From: Candidatus Staskawiczbacteria bacterium
GTDB lineage: Bacteria; Patescibacteriota; Minisyncoccia; Minisyncoccales; Staskawiczbacteraceae
Direction of reading: 5' to 3'
Assembly (NCBI GenBank): GCA_023245195.1
Contig: JAHFKU010000003.1
Span: 1-43,914, forward strand
DNA: 43,914 nt
The notes beneath the pieces were generated by a model. The model saw nothing but the letters and a program-made list of their open reading frames with translations, searched no databases and was not told the origin of the DNA. Positions 1 to 8,213 of the stretch are shown piece after piece. Both the position numbers and the translations under genes were made by a program. Position 1 is the first letter of the stretch, and every line of letters starts with the position of its first letter.

Positions 1-698
1 GAAAGCAAATACAGCGCATTATCCCCGCCATCTAAGTGTTTGTGTAAAAAAACTAGCGCTTGTTTTTTGTTTTTTTCGGCTAAAGCATCTATGGTTTTAA
101 AAATATCACTTTGGATATTCGGCTTTACGAGCAGTTCAACATCGGCTTTTTGAATTACTCCTCCCTGTTTGAAATTTGCCAGCTTGTTAATTTCTCCTGA
201 AAGCTGCCATAAATTATTGCCAACATAATTTACCAATAAATCCAGCGCATCGTTGTTAATTCTTTGCTCGTTTTTTTCTCCGCCTTTAGTGGAAAATTCT
301 TTTTGCGCCCAGTTTTTTAAATTCTTGCTTTCCAAGGGCGCGAATTCCTGGCATTTGCAATCCTTAATGAGTGCTTTATATAATTTCAGGCGCTGATCGG
401 GCGCGTCTTCTTCATAGAGCACCACCACATCTTTTAATCCCTGCAATATTTTTAATTCTTCAAAAAAATCTTCTTGGAATTTTTTGTTTGAAAATACCTT
501 TTTTACAATGATTAATTTCGTTTCTGCAAACATTGAAGAAACTTTAATATGTTGATAAAAATCACTAAAATCTGCTTGACTTGCATCAACATACATCAAA
601 TTCAACCCGCTTTTGCGGAGCTCTTTATAATGCGCAACAATTTCATCTAGCTTCTGTTTTGACCGATATGAATCTTGTCCGTATAAAAATATAACCAT
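1..698 (-). CDS. holA: DNA polymerase III delta subunit (partial; 3' end runs off window)
   Basis: Not in ORF track. Hand translation from ATG at 698 gives MVIFLYGQDSYRSKQKLDEIVAHYK..., later SSMFAETKLIIVK and VGNNLWQLSGEINKLANFK, typical HolA motifs. Confidence 0.85.
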   Translation of the reverse strand, partial: MVIFLYGQDSYRSKQKLDEIVAHYKELRKSGLNLMYVDASQADFSDFYQHIKVSSMFAETKLIIVKKVFSNKKFQEDFFEELKILQGLKDVVVLYEEDAPDQRLKLYKALIKDCKCQEFAPLESKNLKNWAQKEFSTKGGEKNEQRINNDALDLLVNYVGNNLWQLSGEINKLANFKQGGVIQKADVELLVKPNIQSDIFKTIDALAEKNKKQALVFLHKHLDGGDNALYLL

Positions 699-735
699 AC
701 GTTTATAATATAATTAATGCAACCACAAAAACTCA

Positions 736-771
736 ATACCCTAAATTGTAAAGCTTTACAATTTAGGGTAT
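736..771. repeat. 36-bp perfect palindrome, copy 1, next to the stop codon of the PaaX/Cas2-like gene
   Basis: ataccctaaattgtaaag|ctttacaatttagggtat; identical to the core of 1324..1367. Confidence 0.97.
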
Positions 772-772
772 G

Positions 773-1303
773 TCATATTTCTTCTATTAAAAATACTTTT
801 ACAAATTTCTCTAGCGAGTAAAATTGGATTAATTTTTCTGTTTCCTCTGAAACATCATAAGGCGTTACCCAAATACTTTGTTGAAACATTTTATACTCAA
901 GACTATGCAAAATACTTCTTAGTAATTGTCGAGATTTTTTATATTTTTGAGGAATATCAAAAGTCAACATAATCCATTTTCCATCTTTTCGTTTTTTCTT
1001 TTCCCCTTTTGCAAAACTTGCCTTCAATGCCTTACCCAAACCATCTTTGGTCAAAACAATAGCTCTATTTCCCTTTAAATCTAAACTTCTTATAAGGCCT
1101 CTCTTTTTGAGAGAATATACTAATTTATTAAACTTTGCCTTATTTTTCTCGTCTTTGTATTTTTGAAAAATAGGATTTTTAGTTTGCCACAAAATTGCCC
1201 ACTTTGCAGCGCGGGGATTTAACATAAAAGCCGCAACATTTTCTGTTTCCATGAGAATACTATACATATCCCACAAGAATTCTTCGGTAACCCGTAATTT
1301 CAT
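773..1303 (-). CDS. PaaX-like protein (wHTH-like N-terminus plus Cas2/VapD-like C-terminal domain)
   Basis: LKKRGLI..IVLTKDG wHTH wing, then WIMLTFDIPQ..RQLLRSILHSLEYKMFQQSIWVTPY, matching the PaaX central/Cas2-like fold. Confidence 0.8.
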   Translation of the reverse strand: MKLRVTEEFLWDMYSILMETENVAAFMLNPRAAKWAILWQTKNPIFQKYKDEKNKAKFNKLVYSLKKRGLIRSLDLKGNRAIVLTKDGLGKALKASFAKGEKKKRKDGKWIMLTFDIPQKYKKSRQLLRSILHSLEYKMFQQSIWVTPYDVSEETEKLIQFYSLEKFVKVFLIEEI

Positions 1304-1323
1304 GATTACTTTTTCTTTAGTTT

Positions 1324-1367
1324 AATAATACCCTAAATTGTAAAGCTTTACAATTTAGGGTATTATT
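1324..1367. repeat. 44-bp perfect palindrome, copy 2, upstream of the PaaX/Cas2-like gene; contains TTGTAA-N17-TATTAT on both strands
   Basis: aataataccctaaattgtaaag|ctttacaatttagggtattatt. Confidence 0.97.
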
Positions 1368-1383
1368 TTCACGTGGTGGATTT

Positions 1384-2301
1384 TCATAACTTTTGACAAG
1401 TTGGACAAAAAAAGGCGCTTCGGGCGGTAATAACTTCCCGCACTATTTTTGATTTGCATCTTGTGCAAGGCTCGCCCTCTCTTTGATAAGCTTTTTTGTG
1501 GCCCTCAAAATTACCTTTTTTACCATCCACATCCCGATAATCAGAAAAACTGTCGCCCCCAAAATCAATTCCAGCCTTAAGTACTTTTTTTATCGCGCTA
1601 TATAATGCTTTTAGCTCTGCTCTGCTCAATTTCAAAACACTTTTTTTAGGGTGGATTTTCGCCCACCACAGCGCCTCGCTGGCATAAATATTGCCGATGC
1701 CGGCAATAACCTTTGGCTCCATAATAACCTGTTTTACCTTGCCTTTTTTATTCTTTAAAGCGGTTTGGAATTTTTCAAACGTAAAACTCTTTTCCAGGGG
1801 CTCCGGGCCCCAGCCCAAAAATTCTGGTGATACCAAAAATTCTTCTGTTTTCCATAATTCTACTTTGGCAAATTTACGAAGATCAGACAAGGCGATCATT
1901 TTTCCGTTATCTAAAAAAAAGATGATATGCAAATAGCCATTAATTTTCTCTTGCAACACACTGTCTTTAGCGGCCGTCCATGTTTCACGTTTCATGCTCC
2001 ATGTTCCATAAAGTAAGTGCCCCGTCATTTTCATGTGCACTAGCAAAGAATATCCACCTGATAAATCGAAAATGACATTTTTTGCGCGCCGCCAAACGTT
2101 AATAATTTTTCTGCCTTTTAATTCTTTTTTAAAAATTTCAAAATCGTGCGGCTTTTTTACCCGCCCCACCAGAGTCCCAGAAAAATCAGAGCGAAGGCGA
2201 ACCATTTTTTTCCAATCCGACCAAACATCAACAAAGGTCCTTTTAAGGACCTTTGTATTCAAACCATTTACGGTTGTTTGGACTTCTGGTAATTCTGGCA
2301 T
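1384..2301 (-). CDS. mutM: Formamidopyrimidine-DNA glycosylase
   Basis: N-terminal MPELPEV, HMKMTG, GIGNIYASE H2TH motif and C-terminal zinc finger CxxC..CPxCQ. Confidence 0.97.
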   Translation of the reverse strand: MPELPEVQTTVNGLNTKVLKRTFVDVWSDWKKMVRLRSDFSGTLVGRVKKPHDFEIFKKELKGRKIINVWRRAKNVIFDLSGGYSLLVHMKMTGHLLYGTWSMKRETWTAAKDSVLQEKINGYLHIIFFLDNGKMIALSDLRKFAKVELWKTEEFLVSPEFLGWGPEPLEKSFTFEKFQTALKNKKGKVKQVIMEPKVIAGIGNIYASEALWWAKIHPKKSVLKLSRAELKALYSAIKKVLKAGIDFGGDSFSDYRDVDGKKGNFEGHKKAYQREGEPCTRCKSKIVREVITARSAFFCPTCQKL

Positions 2302-2307
2302 CTTGCT

Positions 2308-2916
2308 TTAAATAGCGCTATTTTCTTGCACCTCCAAATCCTCATCTTTATTTTTCTTAGCACCGGGGCGCTTATCTAATTTTTCTTTTAATTCCGCTAG
2401 CTCGCTTTTTAATGCCGCTGATTCTTCTTCTCGTGCTTTTAAATTTTCTTTTAATTTTTCCATATCTAAAACCATTTTTTGCATTTCCAGCGTCCTGTTT
2501 TGCACTTTTTGCTCAAGCGCGCCGATGGTTTCTCTTAATGAGCGCGTTTCGGCTTCAACCTTAATTCCCACCGATCTTTTGGTTTTTTCATTATTAAAAC
2601 TGCCTTCTTCAAGCTGGTCGGCTATCCGGTTAAACACATTGGCCAGTTGGCCCATTTCATCTTTGCTTTCCAAATAAAACCGGCTCTTTAAATCTCCTTT
2701 GCTTAGGCTGTCGGCTTTTTGCAACAATTTTCTTACCGGAGCAGTAAAATTCTGGCCGATGGCAAACCCAAACAAAAATACATAGGCAGTAAGAAGCAAA
2801 AACATAATATAAAAACTCGGGCTCAAATTGTCATAATTTAAGGCAATAAACGAAACGATAACAAAAAGCCCTGTAATAATAATCGGAAACGCTACTTTGC
2901 GAGAAAGTTTTGACAT
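2308..2916 (-). CDS. Two-TM HAMP-domain protein with C-terminal coiled coil
   Basis: Two hydrophobic helices, HAMP signature (PVRKL..GDL..DEMGQLANVFNRI), coiled-coil tail, no kinase domain. Confidence 0.75.
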   Translation of the reverse strand: MSKLSRKVAFPIIITGLFVIVSFIALNYDNLSPSFYIMFLLLTAYVFLFGFAIGQNFTAPVRKLLQKADSLSKGDLKSRFYLESKDEMGQLANVFNRIADQLEEGSFNNEKTKRSVGIKVEAETRSLRETIGALEQKVQNRTLEMQKMVLDMEKLKENLKAREEESAALKSELAELKEKLDKRPGAKKNKDEDLEVQENSAI

Positions 2917-3011
2917 TGAAATTGAAAGCTATAAGGTCTGCCAGAACTGCCAATGCAAACGTTATAACCTGATAATATGTATCTAATACTATTTTAACTC
3001 AAATATTTTTT

Positions 3012-3905
3012 TTAATCAAAACCATCTGATAAGCCCTGCACCTTATCCATTATGGTATTAAAATTTAATTTTTCAAAAATAGCCGCCAGTTTTGCCTGGT
3101 CAAAATTTCCAAATTTACAGTCTTCTAAATTAAAATCAAGTTCCATATCTTGCACGGTTTTTACTAGCTCCAATGACAAAAAGGCTTTTTCTTTATTGGC
3201 CTTCAAGGCCTCTTTTATTTTCGGCTTCAAAATAGCGGTGTCGGTAGAAATTTCATCGTACAAATTTTTAATGCTGCCAAACCGCTGGATTAAATCGGCC
3301 GCCGTGGTTTTTCCAATTCCTGGCACCCCCGGCACATTATCTGAATTATCTCCCGTCAGCGCCTTAAAATCATTCATTTGTGTTGGTGTTACGCCAAAGC
3401 GCTCAATCACCCTGTCTTTGTCATATAAAATGGTTTCTTTAATGCTTTTGCCGGGCGTATAAACTGTAATATTTTCATCAACTAATTGCAGGTTATCTAA
3501 ATCTCCGCTGACAATAAACACTTTTGCATCGCCAGCATATTTTTTGGCGATCGTGGCAATCAAATCATCGGCTTCAAAGCCTTCTTTTTCAAATAAGGGA
3601 ATATTAAAAGCTCCGAGCACCTCTTTTAGTATAGGAAATTGGGAAATAATTCCATCGGGGGTTGGGGCCCGGCCAGCCTTATATTCATCAAATTTTTCGT
3701 GGCGGAAGGTTGGTTTTTTAGTATCAAAACAAGCCACCACATAATTAGCTTTTAAATCTTTTATGGCTTTAAAAAAAATCAGCAAAAATCCATATACGCC
3801 ATTGGTGAGCTGTCCCTTACTATTACTTAACGGAGGCAAAGCATGAAACGCCCGATATAATAGAGAAGAGGAATCAATAATAATTAACCGTTTTTCGTTT
3901 TCCAT
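3012..3905 (-). CDS. Stand-alone 5'-3' exonuclease/flap endonuclease (PolA N-terminal-domain type)
   Basis: IIDSSSLLYRAFHALP, YKAGR, EADDLIAT, GDNSDNVPGVPGIGKTTA; ends at 297 aa with no polymerase domain. Confidence 0.92.
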   Translation of the reverse strand: MENEKRLIIIDSSSLLYRAFHALPPLSNSKGQLTNGVYGFLLIFFKAIKDLKANYVVACFDTKKPTFRHEKFDEYKAGRAPTPDGIISQFPILKEVLGAFNIPLFEKEGFEADDLIATIAKKYAGDAKVFIVSGDLDNLQLVDENITVYTPGKSIKETILYDKDRVIERFGVTPTQMNDFKALTGDNSDNVPGVPGIGKTTAADLIQRFGSIKNLYDEISTDTAILKPKIKEALKANKEKAFLSLELVKTVQDMELDFNLEDCKFGNFDQAKLAAIFEKLNFNTIMDKVQGLSDGFD

Positions 3906-3911
3906 GATTGA

Positions 3912-3920
3912 ATTATATCA
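3912..3920 (-). promoter_or_regulatory. Extended -10 promoter (TGnTATAAT) 6 nt upstream of ATG; likely leaderless mRNA
   Basis: Minus strand reads tgatataat-tcaatc-ATG. Confidence 0.6.
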
Positions 3921-3923
3921 TTT

Positions 3924-4436
3924 TTAGAAAAAAGACGCATCGATAGTGATTTCTCTTTTGACTTCTTGCAAATGATTAAATGTAATCGAGATTAGATTGC
4001 TTCGCTTCGCTCGCAATGACGTTACGATTTTTTCCGGCCATTCAATAGCTACAATATTTTCTGGATTTGAAATAATTTCATCAAAATGCAAAAATTCCAC
4101 GTCTTTTTCATTTTCCAATCGATACAGATCAAAGTGGTAAAAATACTGGTAGAACAAATTACCAACGTTCGTAATTTGTTCTACTTTTTTATTTTTGGGA
4201 ATTTGGAATTTCTTCATCACAATGAAGGTTGGACTGTTAACCACCTCCTTGATCCCCAAACCTTTTGCAAAACCTTGTAAAAAGGTAGTTTTGCCGGCCC
4301 CCAAATCTCCCCGCAATGCCAAAACGACTGCCGTTTTTTGCGGCTTTGCGGCCAAAATTTCGCGCGCGAAATTTTGGCCCACCATCTGCGTCTCTTCAAA
4401 ACTATTTGTGTGGATTACTTTCATTGACTTTTGCAT
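3924..4436 (-). CDS. tsaE: tRNA t6A37 biosynthesis ATPase TsaE
   Basis: LRGDLGAGKTTF, VNSPTF, YHFDLYRL, AIEWPE. Confidence 0.96.
   Translation of the reverse strand: MQKSMKVIHTNSFEETQMVGQNFAREILAAKPQKTAVVLALRGDLGAGKTTFLQGFAKGLGIKEVVNSPTFIVMKKFQIPKNKKVEQITNVGNLFYQYFYHFDLYRLENEKDVEFLHFDEIISNPENIVAIEWPEKIVTSLRAKRSNLISITFNHLQEVKREITIDASFF
3994..4021. repeat. GTCATTGCGAG..GCAATCT repeat inserted in-frame in tsaE
   Basis: agattgcttcgcttcgctcgcaatgacg encodes TSLRAKRSNL; same family as 17527..17644. Confidence 0.85.
4149..4184. repeat. 36-bp near-perfect palindrome inside tsaE
   Basis: gtagaacaaattac-caacgttc-gtaatttgttctac encodes VEQITNVGNLFY. Confidence 0.85.
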
Positions 4437-4461
4437 TTAAATGAATTAGTTTGAATTTACC

Positions 4462-5271
4462 ATGCAAGAAGAAATCAAAAAACTTATCAGTGAAGCCAAG
4501 AATATTTGTGTAATTCCGAGTCCATCAAATGAGCCAGAAAGCTTAACCGTTGCCTTGGCTCTTTTTTATATTCTAAAGGACGCGGGCAAGAATGTAAATC
4601 TCATTATGGATCACCTCCCAGAAACCTTGGCTTTTTTAACCCCATCGCTTGATTTTATCACCCAACCCAAAAATTTTGTTATTTCAATTCCTAAAAACAT
4701 AGCCGAAGTTTCCCAGGTCTACTACGAAAAAAATGAAGAGAATTTAAAAATACACCTAACTATTGAAAAGGGCGCCATCAAAAAAGACAATATTTCTTTT
4801 TATTTTTCTGATGCAAAACCGGATTTAACCATAACCCTGGGCATCATGGACTTTAAGAAAGAACTGGAAAATAAATTGGACTCTTTCGGATTTTTACTAG
4901 ATTCGCCCATTATAAATATTGATAACCATAGCGCCAACACCAGGTTTGGCAAAATAAACATCGTCGAAGAAGAAACATCGCTATCGGAAATACTGTTTGA
5001 AATTACCAGATCCCTTAGCCAACATCCTATATCCTCACCAGAGGTGGGTTCGCCTTTGGCGAAAAAACATAGCGCAACTTCTCTTTTAACCGGATTAACG
5101 TTGTATTATGACAACTTTCAGAGCCAAAAAACAACTCCGGAAGTATTTGAACTTTGCGCAATATTAATGAAAGAGGGAGCCAATCGGCAAGAAATACTAT
5201 CAAACATATATAAAACAGAAATCCTGGGTCCGGGCCTTAAAAAAAGCGAAGAGGTAATTATAACATCTTAA
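4462..5271 (+). CDS. DHH-family (NrnA-like) protein with degenerate motifs
   Basis: IINIDNH (DHH variant), SLSEIL, ATSLLTGL..DNFQ, TTPEVFELCAILMKEGA. Confidence 0.7.
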   Translation: MQEEIKKLISEAKNICVIPSPSNEPESLTVALALFYILKDAGKNVNLIMDHLPETLAFLTPSLDFITQPKNFVISIPKNIAEVSQVYYEKNEENLKIHLTIEKGAIKKDNISFYFSDAKPDLTITLGIMDFKKELENKLDSFGFLLDSPIINIDNHSANTRFGKINIVEEETSLSEILFEITRSLSQHPISSPEVGSPLAKKHSATSLLTGLTLYYDNFQSQKTTPEVFELCAILMKEGANRQEILSNIYKTEILGPGLKKSEEVIITS

Positions 5272-5276
5272 GATAT

Positions 5277-6596
5277 ATGGAAAAATTATTAGGAGCCGTA
5301 GAAATTCCAAAAGACATTATCAAAAACATCAAAGATTCTGCCACTAATCTTTCTGATTTTGGCAAAAAAATTGATGAATACGCGAGCCAAAACACCACAA
5401 ATTTGTTGGATGTTGTTTTGTTTGGCGCCATCAACCTTGAATCTTCCGACATCCATATTGAACCCCAAAGCGACCACATAAAATTACGCATCAGAATTGA
5501 TGGTATTTTACATGATGTTATTTCTTTTCAGCAAGACATTTACCAGCATTTGTTATCTCGCTTAAAGTTGTTGTCAAAAATAAAATTAAATATTAACGAT
5601 AAGCCCCAAGATGGCCGGTTTACCATAACCATAGAAAAAGCGCCAATTGAGATAAGAACTTCCACTCTTCCAGCCGAATATGGAGAATCTATTGTAATGA
5701 GAATTTTAAATCCCAAAAATTTAATGCAACTGGAAACCCTGGGATTAAGAAAAGATATCCATGATATTTTTGAGCAAGAAATAAAAAGGCCCAATGGCAT
5801 GATTGTGGTCACCGGCCCCACTGGTTCTGGAAAAACCACCACCCTTTACGCTTTTTTAATGAAAGTCCAAAACCCGGAAATTAAAATTATCACCATTGAA
5901 GATCCGATTGAATACCACATCCAGGGAGTTTCACAAACTCAAGTAGCGCCCGAAAAAGGATACACCTTTTCCGAAGGCTTAAAATCGATTGTGCGCCAAG
6001 ATCCGGATATTATTTTAGTCGGAGAAATCCGAGATTCTCAAACCGCCAAAATCGCCCTACAAGCATCGTTGACGGGACATTTGGTATTTTCTACCTTGCA
6101 CACTAATGATGCTGCCGGCACCATTCCAAGATTGGTTGATTTGGGAGCCAGCGAATCATCAATAGCTTCGGCCATTAAAATGATCGTCAGCGAACGGTTA
6201 ATCAGGAAAGTCTGCAAAAAGTGCGCGGTTGCCAAAAAGCCCAGCGCAGAAGATTTAGCAGAAATAAAAAAGGGCTTGCACCATATTCCAAAAACCCTAA
6301 CTAAAAACATTGGCTTGGCGGAAGATTTGGATAATATCAAAACGATGCAGATTTCAAAAAAAGGGTGCGTGGCCTGCAATTTTATTGGATACAAAGGCAG
6401 AAAGGGCATTTTTGAAGTATTTTTAATTGATGACCAAATGGAAAAGTTTATTTTAACCAACCCACCTGTTTCTTCTATTAAAGAATTATTGGTAAAAAAC
6501 GGGATGATAACCATTTATCAATCAGGATTAATTGAAGTGGTGCTGGGGGAAACGACGCTCGAGGAAGTGAAGAAAGTGGTGGGAGAAGAGGAGTAG
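5277..6596 (+). CDS. GspE/PulE/PilB-family pilus assembly ATPase
   Basis: SDIHIEP, PQDGRF, GPTGSGKTTTLY, TIEDPIEY, RQDPDIILVGEIRD, TGHLVFSTLHTN, tetracysteine motif. Confidence 0.95.
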   Translation: MEKLLGAVEIPKDIIKNIKDSATNLSDFGKKIDEYASQNTTNLLDVVLFGAINLESSDIHIEPQSDHIKLRIRIDGILHDVISFQQDIYQHLLSRLKLLSKIKLNINDKPQDGRFTITIEKAPIEIRTSTLPAEYGESIVMRILNPKNLMQLETLGLRKDIHDIFEQEIKRPNGMIVVTGPTGSGKTTTLYAFLMKVQNPEIKIITIEDPIEYHIQGVSQTQVAPEKGYTFSEGLKSIVRQDPDIILVGEIRDSQTAKIALQASLTGHLVFSTLHTNDAAGTIPRLVDLGASESSIASAIKMIVSERLIRKVCKKCAVAKKPSAEDLAEIKKGLHHIPKTLTKNIGLAEDLDNIKTMQISKKGCVACNFIGYKGRKGIFEVFLIDDQMEKFILTNPPVSSIKELLVKNGMITIYQSGLIEVVLGETTLEEVKKVVGEEE

Positions 6597-6819
6597 GGGC
6601 GCTAGTACACATATTTTAAAGTACCGGGCGTGTCGCTTCGCTCCTTCAAAACCCTCGGTTTTGAATAATTTTCTACACGGGGAAATACCCAATTTCCCCG
6701 ACCCCCTTTGTGCGGCCTACACTCTCGGCAAAAAAGTCGTCTTCGGGGCGACACCAATCTTTTTTGCCTCCGAGAGTTACTTTTCATATCGGCGGCTCGC
6801 TTAAGTAGCTTAAACAACT

Positions 6820-6954
6820 AAAAACAGCTCTGGAGTTGGAGGCGCATTGTATCTGGGATACAAGTAAAAGCGTGTTTAGGGAATAGTTGAGCCGGAGCAA
6901 AACTATCCAATCTAAAACATGCCCATATAAACCTCCAACTCCAGAGCTGTTTTT
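6820..6954 (+). ncRNA. Candidate structured RNA: long rod with central bubble (6S-like shape)
   Basis: 23-bp perfect arms 6820-6842/6932-6954, asymmetric bubble containing a ttgtatc/gatacaa hairpin, imperfect apical stem. No family-level sequence recognition. Confidence 0.4.
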
Positions 6955-7045
6955 GTCTCTGTAAGTTTTCTGTAATTATAGTACGATAAAGATACAAAAA
7001 TGGGTGTTTCACCCAATGTCGTAATCATAGCATAAATATAAATCC

Positions 7046-8056
7046 ATGTCAAGTATTTTACATAAAACTCCTGATGCCCAAGATCAAATCCTCGATTCTT
7101 CGTTAAGGCCGAAAAATTGGGCTGATTATGTTGGCCAAGAAAAAATCAAGGAAAATATCCAGATTATTTTAATGGCCGCCAAAAAGCGCGGTCAATCCCC
7201 CGACCACTTGCTGCTCTATGGCAATTCTGGATTAGGAAAAACCACCCTGGCCCAACTAGTGGCCCTGGAAATGGGCAAAAAAATCCGTATCACTTCGGGC
7301 CCAGCCATAGAAAGAGCTGGGGATCTGGCCGCCATTTTGACTAATCTACAAGAAGGAGATGTGCTATTTTTAGATGAAATCCACAGGATGCACAAAACCA
7401 TTGAAGAATATATTTATCCAGCCATGGAAGACTATAAATTAAACTTGATATTGGGCAAAGGGCCGATGGCTCGAACCATGGAATTACACTTGCCTCGCTT
7501 TACCTTAATTGGAGCCACCACCAGGCCCGGACTACTATCTACCCCACTAAGAAATCGCTTTGGCGGCACCTTCCAGTTGAATTTTTACAAACCCGAAGAC
7601 ATTGAAAAAATTATTGAACGATCAGCTCGGCTTTTGGGAATATCTATCCACCCTGATGCGGTGCAAATTATCGCCAAGCGATCGCGATTTACTCCGCGGG
7701 TAGCCAATCGCCTCTTAAAAAGAGTCAGAGATTTTGCCCAAGTAAAAAATCAAGGCGTAGTAACTAAAGAAATCGCAAAACTTGCCTTAGAATCTTTAGA
7801 AGTTGATCACCAAGGACTTGAACCAGGCGATATTAAAATTTTATTGGCCTTAATTGAAAAATTTGACGGCGGACCAGTAGGGCTTCAATCGCTAGCCGCG
7901 GCCGCCCTTGAAGAAGAAGACACTATTTTGGACATGTACGAACCTTATTTAATGCAACTGGGATTTTTAGAAAGAACGCCCAAGGGCCGCGTGGCTTCAA
8001 AACTGGCCTACGAACATTTGGGATTGAAATACAATAAAACAAATAACCTAATTTGA
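7046..8056 (+). CDS. ruvB: Holliday junction branch migration ATPase RuvB
   Basis: SLRPK, GNSGLGKTTLA, ITSGPAIER, LFLDEIHR, FTLIGATTR, YEPYLMQLG. Confidence 0.98.
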   Translation: MSSILHKTPDAQDQILDSSLRPKNWADYVGQEKIKENIQIILMAAKKRGQSPDHLLLYGNSGLGKTTLAQLVALEMGKKIRITSGPAIERAGDLAAILTNLQEGDVLFLDEIHRMHKTIEEYIYPAMEDYKLNLILGKGPMARTMELHLPRFTLIGATTRPGLLSTPLRNRFGGTFQLNFYKPEDIEKIIERSARLLGISIHPDAVQIIAKRSRFTPRVANRLLKRVRDFAQVKNQGVVTKEIAKLALESLEVDHQGLEPGDIKILLALIEKFDGGPVGLQSLAAAALEEEDTILDMYEPYLMQLGFLERTPKGRVASKLAYEHLGLKYNKTNNLI

Positions 8057-8206
8057 AATTTACAATTTACAATTTGAAATCAATTCCTGCCTGCCGGCAG
8101 GCAGGTGAAAAGAATATGAATTTGAAATGATTAAAACCGTCAAAATTTCGCTTTGTCGAAATTTTGACACTTACTTTTTCAAATTTAAAATTTCAAATTT
8201 CAAATT
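8050..8206. repeat. 7-nt-periodic fold-back element between ruvB and yebC with nested palindromes
   Basis: Left arm (aatttga/aatttac)n, right arm (ttcaaat)n; nested cctgcctgccggcaggcagg 8086-8105 and gtcaaaatttcg..cgaaattttgac 8139-8168. Confidence 0.85.
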
Positions 8207-8213
8207 CACTATT

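Noticed and set aside
736-1367. CRISPR array (36-bp repeats beside a Cas2-like gene)
   Set aside because: Only two copies, separated by a whole gene rather than a 30-40-bp spacer. They are loopless perfect palindromes and no cas1 or effector is present.
6602-7012. Minus-strand ORFs 6602..6817 and 6818..7012
   Set aside because: No recognisable motifs, weak starts, and they overlie strongly structured non-coding DNA.
8127-8213. N-terminal extensions of YebC (also ClpP 37356-37376, DnaN 13621-13638, ORF 22479-22529, ORF 27610-27696)
   Set aside because: The extensions are translations of repeat or leader DNA. Family-typical starts lie downstream.
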